29,137 nucleotides of DNA from a virus (lineage: Duplodnaviria > Caudoviricetes). Each line of letters starts with the position of its first letter. Position 1 is the first letter of the stretch. The notes beneath the pieces were generated by a model, which saw nothing but the letters and a program-made list of their open reading frames with translations, did not search any database and was not told where the DNA came from. Location of the stretch: IMG/VR virus record IMGVR_UViG_3300023055_000022, positions 1 to 29,137 of that record. One strand, 5' to 3'. Positions 13,937-23,948 of the stretch are shown piece by piece. The translations under genes and the position numbers were made by a program.

Positions 13937-15979
13937 ATGCCCACCGGATACGCAGACGGTGCCGAGGTGTACCGCGAAGCGTATTGCCGAGGGCTGACGC
14001 CTGACCCCGAACTGTGGGTTGATGAATGGGCGGACGAGTACATGCGGATCCCGCGTGATACCGGCGCCGCCGAACCCGGCAAATATCGCACCGCGCGCAC
14101 ACCCTACGCACGTGAACCTATGCGCTGTCTTTCTCCCGCGCACCCGTGCAAGCGAGTGGTGACCAAGGTTGCCTCGCAGTTGATGAAGACGCAGATCGCC
14201 CTGAACTGGATCGGCGCCCTGATCCACATGGCCCCATCTAACATCCTGACGCTGCTGCCCAGCCTGGGTCTGGCCAAGCGTGTGTCATCCCGGATCGGCA
14301 AGACAATTGACGCAACGCCCGAACTCAAGGCGCGCGTGGCGGCTAATCGCTCCAGGGATGCCCGCAACACCATGGACACCAAAGAGTTCGAAGGTGGCAC
14401 GTTATACGCCACCACCGCGGGCTCAGCTGCCAACCTGTCGGAGCTGTCGGCTCGATATGTCTACGGGGATGAGGTCGACCGCTGGGACGTTGACGTCGAC
14501 CAAGAGGGCGATGGCATCAAGCTAGCTGAGGCGCGGGGCAGTACCTTCGGCCGCAACGCCAAGTTCTATTTCTCCAGCTCCCCGCTCATCAAGGGGGCCT
14601 CGCGGATCGATGACCTGTTCATGATGGGGGACCAGCGGCACTACTACGTACCATGTCCAACCTGTGGGCACATGCAGGTCTTGAAGTGGGAGCGCCTGCT
14701 TTACTCCCCTGACTTCAGCACGGTGCACTACCAGTGCGAAGGGCCTGAGTGTGATGTGCTGATCGAGGAGCACCACAAGGCAGAGATGTTGGCCAAGGGT
14801 GAATGGCGAGCCCATGCCCAGGGCGACGGCGAGACAGTGAGCTTTCACCTCAATGCGCTCTATGCACCATTGGGTTGGCATTCTTGGACCATGCTGGCCC
14901 GCGAGTTCGAGGGGGCAAAGCGTGCCCAGGATCGCGGCGACCTGGAGCCCATGCAGGTGTTCTACAACACCAGGCTTGCAGAGGTCTGGGACAGCGCAGT
15001 CGAGCAGACTAAGGCTGAGGTGCTGCAGGCCCGGGCGCTGCAAGAAGACTACGTCCTTGGCACCCTGCCTGTGGGGGCGCTTGCCTTGACGGCCTCCGTC
15101 GACGTTCAGGCCAACCGCCTGGAGCTGATGGTGATGGCCTGGGGGGCAGGCATGGAGCGCTGGGTGGTTGATCACCAGGTGATTCCCGGCGATCCGGCCG
15201 ATGAGCGAACCTGGTCGCTGTTGGATGAGCGGCTGAAGGTTCGGTACCGGCATCCCTGTGGCGTTAACCTCGGCATCCTGGCCACTGGCATCGACTCTGG
15301 TGGTCATCACACCCACGAGGTCTACCAGTTCACTCGCGTGCGCCGCTGGCGCAACGTCTTCGCGCTTAAGGGGGCCAGCAAGCCGGGTCGCCCCGTGATC
15401 GCCCAGCGCCCGTCGCAAGTAGACGTCACCTGGAAGGGCCAAACCGAGCGTAACGGGGCGGAGCTGTGGATCGTCGGTACCGACACGGCCAAGGACTGGA
15501 TCTACAACCGCTACAGCTTCGACAAAGGGCCTGGCGCACTCCACTTCGCCAAGGACCTGCCCGACGAGTTCTTCCAGCAGTGCGTGGCTGAACGAAAGGT
15601 CGCCCGCTACGTGAAGGGCTACAAGCGGATTGAGTGGGTCAAGGGCAAGGCCGAGCGCAACGAGGCGCTCGACCTGATGGTGTACAACCTGGCCATGGCC
15701 AACTTCCTTGGCCTCCACCGCTACGGTGAACAGGACTGGGACAAGCTTCGACAGGCGCTTGCGCAGGCCAACTTGTTCGAGCAGGGCGAATCGGAGCCAG
15801 CCCGGCCTCAGACTAGTGAGCCTGAAACCGACGACCAGGACGAAGAGAGCAATTCCCCGGCCCCTGTGTCTGTTCCGGTCAAGCGCAACGACCCACCGCC
15901 ACCACCGCCGGCTCCACGAGCCGTGCCCCAACCTATGCAACGCCGCAGCTCCAGCAGCGGCTACCTGAAGAGACGCTGA
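13937..15979 (+). CDS. Terminase large subunit, lambda GpA family, 680 aa
   Basis: VASQLMKT Walker A variant, YGDEVD Walker B, YVPCPTCG zinc motif, ASVDVQ and IDSGG nuclease motifs, RNEALD. Confidence 0.95.
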   Translation: MPTGYADGAEVYREAYCRGLTPDPELWVDEWADEYMRIPRDTGAAEPGKYRTARTPYAREPMRCLSPAHPCKRVVTKVASQLMKTQIALNWIGALIHMAPSNILTLLPSLGLAKRVSSRIGKTIDATPELKARVAANRSRDARNTMDTKEFEGGTLYATTAGSAANLSELSARYVYGDEVDRWDVDVDQEGDGIKLAEARGSTFGRNAKFYFSSSPLIKGASRIDDLFMMGDQRHYYVPCPTCGHMQVLKWERLLYSPDFSTVHYQCEGPECDVLIEEHHKAEMLAKGEWRAHAQGDGETVSFHLNALYAPLGWHSWTMLAREFEGAKRAQDRGDLEPMQVFYNTRLAEVWDSAVEQTKAEVLQARALQEDYVLGTLPVGALALTASVDVQANRLELMVMAWGAGMERWVVDHQVIPGDPADERTWSLLDERLKVRYRHPCGVNLGILATGIDSGGHHTHEVYQFTRVRRWRNVFALKGASKPGRPVIAQRPSQVDVTWKGQTERNGAELWIVGTDTAKDWIYNRYSFDKGPGALHFAKDLPDEFFQQCVAERKVARYVKGYKRIEWVKGKAERNEALDLMVYNLAMANFLGLHRYGEQDWDKLRQALAQANLFEQGESEPARPQTSEPETDDQDEESNSPAPVSVPVKRNDPPPPPPAPRAVPQPMQRRSSSSGYLKRR

Positions 15980-15980
15980 C

Positions 15981-16187
15981 ATGGCCTACACAAAAGCACA
16001 CCTCGACGCTGTCGAGCGGGCGATTGCGCGCGGAGAAAAGATCGTTCGCTACTCGGATCGCACCGTCGAGTATCGAACGGTGGACGAGCTGATCAAGGCT
16101 CGCGACCTTATCCGCACTGAGCTGACGAATGCCGCCGGGCCACGTTCGCGCGTAGTGCGCGTATTTCACGGAGGCAAGGGACTGTGA
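15981..16187 (+). CDS. gpW-like head-tail joining protein, 68 aa
   Basis: Between terL and portal; DRTVEYRTVDEL motif. Confidence 0.85.
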   Translation: MAYTKAHLDAVERAIARGEKIVRYSDRTVEYRTVDELIKARDLIRTELTNAAGPRSRVVRVFHGGKGL

Positions 16188-17674
16188 GCGGACGCTACTT
16201 GTCCCTCGGTCGTTCGGGGATCTTGGTGCCCGAACGGATCAAGGCCAGCTACGAAGGCGCCGCTGAGGGACGGCGCTCATCGGGATGGGATGCGCCGGAC
16301 ACCGGCGTGAACAGCCTGATCATGCCGGCCTTGCGCAACCTGCGCTCCCGCTCTCGCAGTGCGGTACGCAATGACCCCTACGCCGCTAACGTCATCGACA
16401 AGCGCGTCAGCAATCTGATCGGTACCGGCATCACGCCGCACCCAAGGTTGCTGGACAAAGCAATCCGCAAGGTGATGCAGGAGCTGTGGGAGGACTGGGT
16501 GGATGAGGTGGATGCCGATCAACTCACAGACTTCTATGGCTTACAGGCGCTGGTAGCACGCACGGTAGAGCAATCGGGTGAATGCTTCATTCGCCTGCGC
16601 CCGCGCCGGCTGGAGGATGGCTACGCGGTGCCGCTGCAGCTGCAGTGCCTATCGCCGGAGTTTGTCCCCCACGACAAGTTCGAAATGACCCGCTTCGGCA
16701 ACGTCATACGGGCCGGCATCGAGTTCAACGCTATGGGCCGGCGGGTGGCGTACTGGTGCCATCGCAACCACCCCAGCGATAAGACCTCGCTGAATGTGGG
16801 CTACAACCAGTTGGTGCGGATTCCGGCGGAGCAGATGCTGCACGTATTCGAGCCCCTGGAGCCCGGCCAGCTTCGCGGCGTGCCGCGTTTGGCTCCTGTC
16901 TTGAAGCGTCTACGCAGCCTGGACAACTTCGACGACGCGGTGCTGTTTCGCCAAGAGGTAGCCAACTTGTTTGCCGGTTTCGTTCGCAAGCCAGCGCCGG
17001 ATGGCCCGCCGCAACTCGATCCGCTCACCGGGGCACCGGTCAAGTACGACCGCGACGGCTTCACCCCGATGGTGGGACTGGAACCTGGCACGATGCAGGA
17101 GCTGCTGCCTGGTGAGCAGGTCGATTTTTCGGACCCGCCGGACGCCGGCAACAACTACCCAGACTTCATGCGGCAGCAACTGATGGCTGCTGCCGCCGGC
17201 TCGGGGCTGCCTTACGAACTCATGACCGGCGACATGCAAGGCGTGAACGACCGCGCGATCCGCGTGGTACTGACCGAGTTTAGGCGCCGCCTGGAGCAGC
17301 TCCAGTTCCAGGTGTACGTCCATCAGTTGTGTCGGCCGGTGCGTAAAGCCTGGTTGGACATGGCTGTGCTTGCCGGGGCGCTCGACCTGCCGGACTACGC
17401 GCAGCGGCGCCGCGAGTACCAGCGTACTCGTTGGGTACCTCAGGGCTGGGCCTATATCCACCCGGTGCAGGATGTCCAGTCACGCAGCATGGAGATCGCT
17501 GCGGGCTTCGCATCGCGAAGCGAGGTGTGCCTGCGCAACGGTACGGACGCGGAGGTGGTCGACGAAGAGAACGCCGCCGATATCGCCCGGGCAAAGGCTC
17601 TGGGCCTCAACTACAGCAGCTTGTCGGCCGTCGAGGATGACCCTGATGAGTCCGGCGACAAGGGGAAGAAATGA
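16184..17674 (+). CDS. Portal protein, lambda family, 496 aa
   Basis: LRSRSRSAVRNDPYA, GQLRGVP, LPYELMTGD and GWAYIHPVQD motifs. Confidence 0.95.
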   Translation: MSGRYLSLGRSGILVPERIKASYEGAAEGRRSSGWDAPDTGVNSLIMPALRNLRSRSRSAVRNDPYAANVIDKRVSNLIGTGITPHPRLLDKAIRKVMQELWEDWVDEVDADQLTDFYGLQALVARTVEQSGECFIRLRPRRLEDGYAVPLQLQCLSPEFVPHDKFEMTRFGNVIRAGIEFNAMGRRVAYWCHRNHPSDKTSLNVGYNQLVRIPAEQMLHVFEPLEPGQLRGVPRLAPVLKRLRSLDNFDDAVLFRQEVANLFAGFVRKPAPDGPPQLDPLTGAPVKYDRDGFTPMVGLEPGTMQELLPGEQVDFSDPPDAGNNYPDFMRQQLMAAAAGSGLPYELMTGDMQGVNDRAIRVVLTEFRRRLEQLQFQVYVHQLCRPVRKAWLDMAVLAGALDLPDYAQRRREYQRTRWVPQGWAYIHPVQDVQSRSMEIAAGFASRSEVCLRNGTDAEVVDEENAADIARAKALGLNYSSLSAVEDDPDESGDKGKK

Positions 17675-18828
17675 AAAAGCTGATGCCGTTTCGCATCTAC
17701 AACATGGCGTCCTCGGTGCAGCAGGTCGCAGACCAGCACTGGTACAGGATCAGCGCGGCGGCTGAGGGACAGGGCGATACCCAGGCCGATGCCACTCCCA
17801 TCGAGATCTATATCTACGGTGAAATCGGGGGCTGGGGCATCACCGCGAACGAATTCATTCAGGACCTGAAGGCGATCGATGACGGTATTTCCCCGGTGGT
17901 GGTGGCGTTCAACACCATCGGCGGCGATCTGTTCGACGGGTTGGCTATTCACAACGCGCTAAACCGGTTGGGTGAGCGCTGTACCGCGCGTGTTGATGCT
18001 CTGGCGGCCAGCGCAGGAAGCGTCGCTGCCTGCGGCGCTCACCGCTTGGTGATGGCTTCGAATGCGATGCTGATGGTGCACAACCCGTGGACCTGGACCA
18101 GCGGTGATGCCGAGGACTTGCGCCGGGTGGCTGGCGTCCTGGACCAGACTTTCGAGGCGATCATCGCGGCATACAAGGCCAAGGCGCCGGGCATTGACGA
18201 TGCCGAGCTGCGCCGTATGGTCAACGCTGAAACCTGGTTGACTGCCCAGGAAGCCCTCGCGCTGGGCCTGGCTGACGAAGTGGGCAACGGGGTCGAGGTC
18301 AAGGCGTGCCTTGGCCAGGGCGCTGCGATGCAGCGGTACCGTCAGACACCCAAGGCGCTGCTGGATCAGTTGGCCGACCAGCCGGAGGCAACGGGTGGCA
18401 AGCCGGCAACACCGCCTGACCTGACAGCCGCTGACCCAGGCGACTCTACTGCGCTGGCTTTGATGATCGCCCAGGACTGCGCCAAGGCGGGAATCAGCAA
18501 TCTGGTCGAGCCGTTGATCGCCTCCACCAAACTGGCCGACAAGGCCACGGTGCAGGCTGCCTTGACGCGTGCCAAGGGTGTCCGTGATCTCTGCGTAGCC
18601 GCTCGGCTGCCAGAGCTAACCGTTGAATTTGTGCAGGCCGGCCTGGAGCCTGATGCGGTGCGGGCGCGGCTTTTCGAGAAGCTGGTCAGCTCCGGCAAGG
18701 GTTTTGAGATCGACAACAGCCTGCCGCCGGCCGATGACGAGCCAGAGAAGGTCAAGGCGCAGTTACCCAATCCATCCAGCATCTGGGCTGCCCGCCGGCA
18801 GGCCGCCAATAAAGGAGCACGACCATGA
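17671..18828 (+). CDS. ClpP-type head maturation protease with scaffold-like C-terminus, 385 aa
   Basis: IYIYGEIG, NTIGGD, ALAASAGS (Ser), MVHNP (His), ETWLTAQEA. Confidence 0.93.
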   Translation: MKKLMPFRIYNMASSVQQVADQHWYRISAAAEGQGDTQADATPIEIYIYGEIGGWGITANEFIQDLKAIDDGISPVVVAFNTIGGDLFDGLAIHNALNRLGERCTARVDALAASAGSVAACGAHRLVMASNAMLMVHNPWTWTSGDAEDLRRVAGVLDQTFEAIIAAYKAKAPGIDDAELRRMVNAETWLTAQEALALGLADEVGNGVEVKACLGQGAAMQRYRQTPKALLDQLADQPEATGGKPATPPDLTAADPGDSTALALMIAQDCAKAGISNLVEPLIASTKLADKATVQAALTRAKGVRDLCVAARLPELTVEFVQAGLEPDAVRARLFEKLVSSGKGFEIDNSLPPADDEPEKVKAQLPNPSSIWAARRQAANKGARP

Positions 18829-19172
18829 GTAACATCCGCCAGGAGCCGGTTCACACCGGTGAATTCCTGCTTTCCGAAGGGCCGGGAAAGATCTCTCGCG
18901 AAGCCATCAATGTCGCTGCCGGTCCTGGTCTGGTAGCTGGCCAAGTGCTTGGTCTGGTAACGGCCAGCAGCGAATTCACTGCCTACGACCCCGCTGCAGA
19001 AGACGGCAGCGAAAAAGCCGTGTGCATTCTCTACGCCTCCCTCGGCGAGTCCGAAACCGTTCGGCGTGGCCGCGCGGTGGTGCGGCTGGCCGAGGTCAGT
19101 GAGGCCCTGCTGACCGGCATCGACGCTGATGCGGAACAGGCCTTGGCAGCGCATTTCATCATCCTGCGCTGA
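18825..19172 (+). CDS. Head decoration protein (gpD-like), 115 aa
   Basis: GQVLG and YDPAAEDGSEKAVCIL motifs; located between protease and capsid. Confidence 0.88.
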   Translation: MSNIRQEPVHTGEFLLSEGPGKISREAINVAAGPGLVAGQVLGLVTASSEFTAYDPAAEDGSEKAVCILYASLGESETVRRGRAVVRLAEVSEALLTGIDADAEQALAAHFIILR

Positions 19173-19191
19173 CCCGACTCTCTCTCACCCC

Positions 19192-19222
19192 AACCCCGCC
19201 CTGAGCGGGGTTCTTACTTTTT
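19192..19222 (+). terminator. Hairpin with T-rich tail ahead of the capsid gene
   Basis: AACCCCGC/GCGGGGTT followed by CTTACTTTTT. Confidence 0.5.
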
Positions 19223-19232
19223 GGAGTACCTC

Positions 19233-20228
19233 ATGGCTGAGATTGCCATTTTCCAAGACGACGCTTTCGGCGTTGCAGCCCTGACAGCTGCTATCAACGA
19301 GCAGGAGTACGTGCCAGGGCGCCTTGCGGCTCTTGGCCTGTTCCAGGAGGAGGGTGTCGCCACCCTTACCGTGCAGATCGAGAAGGACGGTGACACGCTC
19401 GCCCTCGTGCCGGCGGGGGAGCGCGGCACCTCTGGCCTGGTGGTGGGCGGTAGCAAGCGCACGCTGATCCCGTTCAACACTGTTCACCTGCCGCAGCGCT
19501 TTGCGATCAAGGCAGACGAGATCCAGGGTATTCGCGCGTTCGGCACGCTGACGGAGCTGCAGGCCGTACAGGATGTGGTCAACAAGCGTCTTGCCAAGGC
19601 GAAACGCCAACTGGATGCCACTCACGAATTTCATCGGATGGGGGCCATCAACGGCAAGGTGCTGGACGCAGACGGTTCTTCGGTGCTGCTGGATATCTAC
19701 AAGGTTTTCGGGGTGTCGCAGCAGAAGCAGTCGATGGGGCTGAATGACCCGAACGCCAACATTCAGGTGCAGTGCGTGGACGCCCTGGACATGCAAGAAG
19801 ACGCGCTCGGCAACGTAACCACCACCGGTGCCCGCGCTTTCTGCGGCAAGACCTTCTGGAAGAAACTCATCGCCCACTCTTCGGTTGTCGATACCTACAA
19901 GGGTAGCCAGCAGGCCGCAGCGCTTCGGGGCGACGGGCGTGAAACGTTCGAGTTCGGTGGAATCAGCTGGGAGCGTTACCGGGGCAAGGTAGCGGGTGTC
20001 CCATTCGTCCCTGACGATGAAGCGCGCCTGGTGCCCGAGGGGGTTTCTGAACTGTTCCTGTCGGTCTACGCGCCTGCAGATTACATGGAAACCGTCAACA
20101 CCGAGGGCTTGCCGTATTACAGCAAGCTCGAGGAGATGGCCTTCGGTAAGGGCGTTGCGGGTGAGGCTCAGTCCAACCCGTTGCACATCTGCACGCGTCC
20201 CCGTGCAGTTATCCGCCTGACCGCCTGA
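19233..20228 (+). CDS. Major capsid protein (lambda gpE family), 331 aa
   Basis: ATG at 19233 after GGAG; LTAAIN, IQGIRAFG, APADYMETVNT and QSNPL motifs. Confidence 0.93.
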   Translation: MAEIAIFQDDAFGVAALTAAINEQEYVPGRLAALGLFQEEGVATLTVQIEKDGDTLALVPAGERGTSGLVVGGSKRTLIPFNTVHLPQRFAIKADEIQGIRAFGTLTELQAVQDVVNKRLAKAKRQLDATHEFHRMGAINGKVLDADGSSVLLDIYKVFGVSQQKQSMGLNDPNANIQVQCVDALDMQEDALGNVTTTGARAFCGKTFWKKLIAHSSVVDTYKGSQQAAALRGDGRETFEFGGISWERYRGKVAGVPFVPDDEARLVPEGVSELFLSVYAPADYMETVNTEGLPYYSKLEEMAFGKGVAGEAQSNPLHICTRPRAVIRLTA

Positions 20229-20230
20229 TC

Positions 20231-20545
20231 ATGGGCTTCCGCGACCTAATCGACGACGTGGACGAGGTGGTGTTCGACGTCCTAGGCGATCTTGCGCATA
20301 TCGAAGGTCGCGAGGTACTCGGCATGTTCTCGGCGCCGTGGCTGCAGCCCAAGCTCGGCCAGATCAATACAGGCCTGCGTGAGCCGCACCTGGTCATCCG
20401 CGTTGGCGACAACGCGGGTGTCGATACGCGGCAGAGCGTGATGATCGATCTGCCGCCCGAGGACGGTGGTGGCAACTTCATCATCACGCGCATAGAGCCA
20501 GGCGGCGACGGCCTGGTGACGCTCGTTCTGAGGAAAACACCATGA
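20231..20545 (+). CDS. Head-tail joining protein (gpFII-like), 104 aa
   Basis: Position after capsid; C-terminal EPGGDGLVTLVL. Confidence 0.75.
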   Translation: MGFRDLIDDVDEVVFDVLGDLAHIEGREVLGMFSAPWLQPKLGQINTGLREPHLVIRVGDNAGVDTRQSVMIDLPPEDGGGNFIITRIEPGGDGLVTLVLRKTP

Positions 20546-21204
20546 CTGTAGGCAGCTATCACAAGTTGTCAGCCAGTGCAGGGCTGCTGACCCTGCAGAT
20601 GCGCCCGGAAGACGTCAAGGGCTTCGAGGACTTCGCCAAGCTAGTGCCCAAGGCCATGGCTGCAGCTCAACGACGGGCCATCAACAAGACGCTTCGCTGG
20701 CTTCGCGGGCAGGTTGCGCGGGAGGTGGGGCGGCAAGAGCGAATCGCCATCGCGGCAGTGAGACAGCGGCTTAAGGCCTTCCCGATGGGCAGTAACGGGC
20801 AAGGCAAGCTGTGGTTCGGCATTCGTCCCATCGAAGCCAGCCGCGCTGGTCGTCCTCGGCAAACACGAACCGGTGTGTCGGTGGCTGGGCGCCGGTACCA
20901 GGGGGCGTTCTACCAGCAGGTATACGGTGGCAAGCCCGATATCTGGATTCGCACAGCCAGCAAGCACTTCGATGCTGCCGACTACCCGGATAGCGACGTC
21001 TCTGGCGGTCGTGGTCGCCGGTCCGGCTGGGTTTCAGAGAACGACAGTCGCTTCCCACTGGCGAAGGCAAAAATCTCGCTCGATGACGTTCGACCTCACT
21101 TCGAAGTGTGGACTAACCGGGCTCACGATCGATTGAAGGTGGTCCTGGAGCAAGAGCTGAACTTTGAACTGCAGAAGTATTTGCGGAGAACAGGCAATGG
21201 TTGA
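20542..21204 (+). CDS. Minor tail protein (gpZ-like), 220 aa
   Basis: RRAINKT motif, basic composition, synteny. Confidence 0.75.
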   Translation: MTVGSYHKLSASAGLLTLQMRPEDVKGFEDFAKLVPKAMAAAQRRAINKTLRWLRGQVAREVGRQERIAIAAVRQRLKAFPMGSNGQGKLWFGIRPIEASRAGRPRQTRTGVSVAGRRYQGAFYQQVYGGKPDIWIRTASKHFDAADYPDSDVSGGRGRRSGWVSENDSRFPLAKAKISLDDVRPHFEVWTNRAHDRLKVVLEQELNFELQKYLRRTGNG

Positions 21205-21727
21205 TGACCCAATACCTCTCGCTGGGATCTACGCGGCGATTGAGCAACACATCAGTGAAGCCATCCCGGGCCTCGCCTATGTCGGCACCATGCCGGACGG
21301 GATAGAGGTCGTGCCGATGCCAGCGGTAGTGCTGGAGTTGGCTGGCCTTGAGAGTGCGGACAAAGATCCTGGTACAGGTGAAACTGCCGTCGATGCTCGC
21401 TTCGAAGCGCGTGTGATTGTTGGTGTAGAGGTCCCCAACTGCTTGCATGTGGTCGCGTTCGCTGCGGCACAGCTGGCGGTCCTGCTACGGATGCAGTCCT
21501 GGGGCTTGGCGGTTGATTTTGCTCAGTTCGTGCGGGCGGAGCGGGACTGGAGCCGGCCCGAGCTGGATAGTTATGCGGTCTGGGTGGTTGAGTGGACCCA
21601 GGTGATCTATCTGGGAGAGGAAGAGTGGCCGTGGCCCCGAGAGCCCGGCCCGCTGGTGGTCGCCTTCGATCCTGATGCTGGACCCGGCAACGAGCATCAC
21701 TACCAATCACCTGAGGACCTGGGGTGA
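21197..21727 (+). CDS. Tail completion/terminator-like protein, 176 aa
   Basis: ATG at 21197; PAVVLEL and WVVEWTQVIYLG motifs; synteny. Confidence 0.65.
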   Translation: MVDDPIPLAGIYAAIEQHISEAIPGLAYVGTMPDGIEVVPMPAVVLELAGLESADKDPGTGETAVDARFEARVIVGVEVPNCLHVVAFAAAQLAVLLRMQSWGLAVDFAQFVRAERDWSRPELDSYAVWVVEWTQVIYLGEEEWPWPREPGPLVVAFDPDAGPGNEHHYQSPEDLG

Positions 21728-22326
21728 GTTATGCGAGCGCCGAGCACGACCGAATGCTGGCCGGTGTCGTGATCAAGGGTTATGTCGTGGCGGTCGACCT
21801 GGAAGCTGGCCGGCTACGGATGTCAGACGGTACCGGCTGGAGCAGTGCCTGGGTGCGTTGGCACTCGTTGGCTGCTGGTAAGGCGCGACACTGGCGAGCA
21901 CCAAGCTTGGGAGAGCAGGGCGCGCTGATCAGTCCTAGCGGTGACCCCGCTCAGGGCACTTTTATTCCCGGCCTGTACGGCAACGCCGGCGAGCGCCCGG
22001 ACAACCGCGACCATGTCGAGGTGTGGCGCTTCGATGATGGCGGGTCCCTGGTCTACGACTGGGCGGCCAATAGCTACACCATCAAGCTGCCTACCGGCAC
22101 GGTCAACATCGAGGTCGGCAGCAGCAAGGCGGTACTGACTGACGACGCGATCACCGCCAAGTCGACCGCGATCAGCGCCGAAGCCGAAACCATCGCGGCA
22201 AGGGCAACCCTGATCACCCTGCAGGGCGACGTGCAGATAACTGGCCAGCTCGTAGTCGCAGGCAACATTCTCGGTGGTGGCAGCATCATCGATACCACAG
22301 GCAACACAGCCAATCACAAACACTGA
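21724..22326 (+). CDS. Baseplate spike protein (P2 gpV family), 200 aa
   Basis: WRAPSLGEQ, SPSGD and FDDG motifs; C-terminal HKH metal-binding tip. Confidence 0.92.
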   Translation: MSYASAEHDRMLAGVVIKGYVVAVDLEAGRLRMSDGTGWSSAWVRWHSLAAGKARHWRAPSLGEQGALISPSGDPAQGTFIPGLYGNAGERPDNRDHVEVWRFDDGGSLVYDWAANSYTIKLPTGTVNIEVGSSKAVLTDDAITAKSTAISAEAETIAARATLITLQGDVQITGQLVVAGNILGGGSIIDTTGNTANHKH

Positions 22327-22328
22327 CG

Positions 22329-22354
22329 GCCCGCTTTAGCGGGCTTTGTCTTTT
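22329..22354 (+). terminator. Intrinsic terminator-like hairpin after gpV
   Basis: GCCCGCT/AGCGGGC followed by TTTGTCTTTT. Confidence 0.55.
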
Positions 22355-22369
22355 CTGGAGCACCACTTT

Positions 22370-22642
22370 ATGGCGGGCAAGAAAACTGCTGCGGATGACG
22401 CGGCAACGGATGCGGGCGTATCCGCAGTTGTACCTGATCCTAGTGCCGATGTTGTGTCGTCGGCACCTCTTGGCGTGACCTTCACCGATAGCGCCTACAC
22501 CTCGCGCTCGCTGTTCCAGCAGGCCGGCGATGACCTGCGCGAGTTCAAGGTGCTGGCCGGTCGCGTGACCGTTCAGGCCCACGACGACGAGGCGCTGGCG
22601 TTCTTGGGTGGCCACCCCGACCTGCAGCGCCTGGACGGCTAA
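22370..22642 (+). CDS. Hypothetical phage protein, 90 aa
   Basis: ATG at 22370 after GGAG; FTDSAYTSRSL and FLGGHPDL segments. Confidence 0.7.
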   Translation: MAGKKTAADDAATDAGVSAVVPDPSADVVSSAPLGVTFTDSAYTSRSLFQQAGDDLREFKVLAGRVTVQAHDDEALAFLGGHPDLQRLDG

Positions 22643-22644
22643 CC

Positions 22645-22971
22645 ATGATTGGCGTGGACCGGCGAACCGGCCAGCCACTTTCGGGCCTCGATCACCTGAA
22701 ACAGTCGATTGAGGACATTTTGACCACGCCCTTGGGTACCCGGCGCATGCGGCCGGAATACGGCAGCAACCTGCGCCGCTTCGTCGATATGCCGGTTAAC
22801 GAGGGCTGGAAAAGCGCCGTGCAGGCCGAGGTGGCGCGCGCCTTGGGCCTTTGGGAGCCGCGCATTCGTCTGGAGCGGGTGCAGGTCGTTTCAATCGTCG
22901 GCGGCCAGATCGGCCTGCTGCTGACCGGTCAGTACCTGGGCAACGCTGCTGTCGTGGAGGTAAGCGCATGA
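22645..22971 (+). CDS. Baseplate wedge protein (P2 gpW/T4 gp25 family), 108 aa
   Basis: HLKQSIEDILTTPLGTRRMRPEYGS and WEPRI motifs. Confidence 0.95.
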   Translation: MIGVDRRTGQPLSGLDHLKQSIEDILTTPLGTRRMRPEYGSNLRRFVDMPVNEGWKSAVQAEVARALGLWEPRIRLERVQVVSIVGGQIGLLLTGQYLGNAAVVEVSA

Positions 22972-23948
22972 TTGACCTTTCTTTGCTCCCGCCGCCCGAT
23001 GTGGTGGAAACCCTTGAGTTTGAGGCGATTTATCAGGAGGTGGTGGGCGTTTTCCGCAGCCACATGGGCGACCAGTGGACGGCGCTGCTGGAGTCCGACC
23101 CGGTCGTCAAAATAATGGAGACCATTGCCTACCGCGAGCTGCTAATGCGCGCACGGGTCAACTCGGCGGCCAAGGCCAGCTTGTTGGCTTATGCCAAGGG
23201 TGCCGACCTGGACAACCGCGCCGCCGACTACGGTGTGCAGCGGTTGACCATCCGCGCGGCCGATCCTGATGCGGTGCCGCCGGTGGCGGCCGTCATGGAA
23301 GACGACGAGGCGCTGCGCTACCGCACGCGGCTCTCGCTTGAGGCGCTGTCCGTTGCCGGCAGCCGTGGCGCGTATGAGTACCACGGCCTGACAGCCTCGG
23401 CCGAGCTGGCCAACGTGTCGGTCGATTCGCCCCGGTTTTCCGGGGTGGCGCTCGACGCCGCGGTTAAAGCGTTGCTGCCGGCCGGGGCCATTGTGGTGGT
23501 CTGTGACTACGACGCCGGGCTGGATAAGCCACTGCCCGGCGACGTGTCGCTGGCCATTCTGCCAAGGCTGGATAGCACTTCGCTGCCGGCCAAGCTGGTG
23601 GCCACGGTGCAGGCGGCGCTGTCGGCCGAGAGCGTGCGGCCGGTCACCGACCGACCGCGCGTGCAGGCAGGTGCGCCGACCGACTTCAAGGTGCAGGCCG
23701 CCCTGCACGTCGAGGCCGGGCCAGATCCGGCGGTAGTCAAAGCGACCGCCCGCAAAGGCCTGGAAGCGGCCATTGCTGAGGCCAGGCGGCTGGAGGGGCA
23801 GTTGCCGCTGTCGGCCATCTACGCGGCGTTACACGTAACGGGCATTAGCCAGGTTGACCTGGTGCATCCTGTTGCAGGCGTCGTGTGTGACAAGCGGCAT
23901 TACCCCAACTGTACTTCAATCGCGCTGACCACTGAGGTGGCAACGTGA
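22968..23948 (+). CDS. Baseplate protein J, 326 aa
   Basis: ATG at 22968; IDLSLLPPPDVVETL, LESDP, SVAGSRGAY and VRPVTD motifs. Confidence 0.95.
   Translation: MIDLSLLPPPDVVETLEFEAIYQEVVGVFRSHMGDQWTALLESDPVVKIMETIAYRELLMRARVNSAAKASLLAYAKGADLDNRAADYGVQRLTIRAADPDAVPPVAAVMEDDEALRYRTRLSLEALSVAGSRGAYEYHGLTASAELANVSVDSPRFSGVALDAAVKALLPAGAIVVVCDYDAGLDKPLPGDVSLAILPRLDSTSLPAKLVATVQAALSAESVRPVTDRPRVQAGAPTDFKVQAALHVEAGPDPAVVKATARKGLEAAIAEARRLEGQLPLSAIYAALHVTGISQVDLVHPVAGVVCDKRHYPNCTSIALTTEVAT

Noticed and set aside
14522-15982. 486-aa antisense ORF over terL
   Set aside because: Shadow ORF expected from high-GC codon bias on the opposite strand of a well-supported gene
22361-22366. CACCAC here and at 28190-28195 as further copies of the loop motif
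   Set aside because: They lie in RBS-to-start spacers, not in hairpin loops, and lack the full UCACCAC
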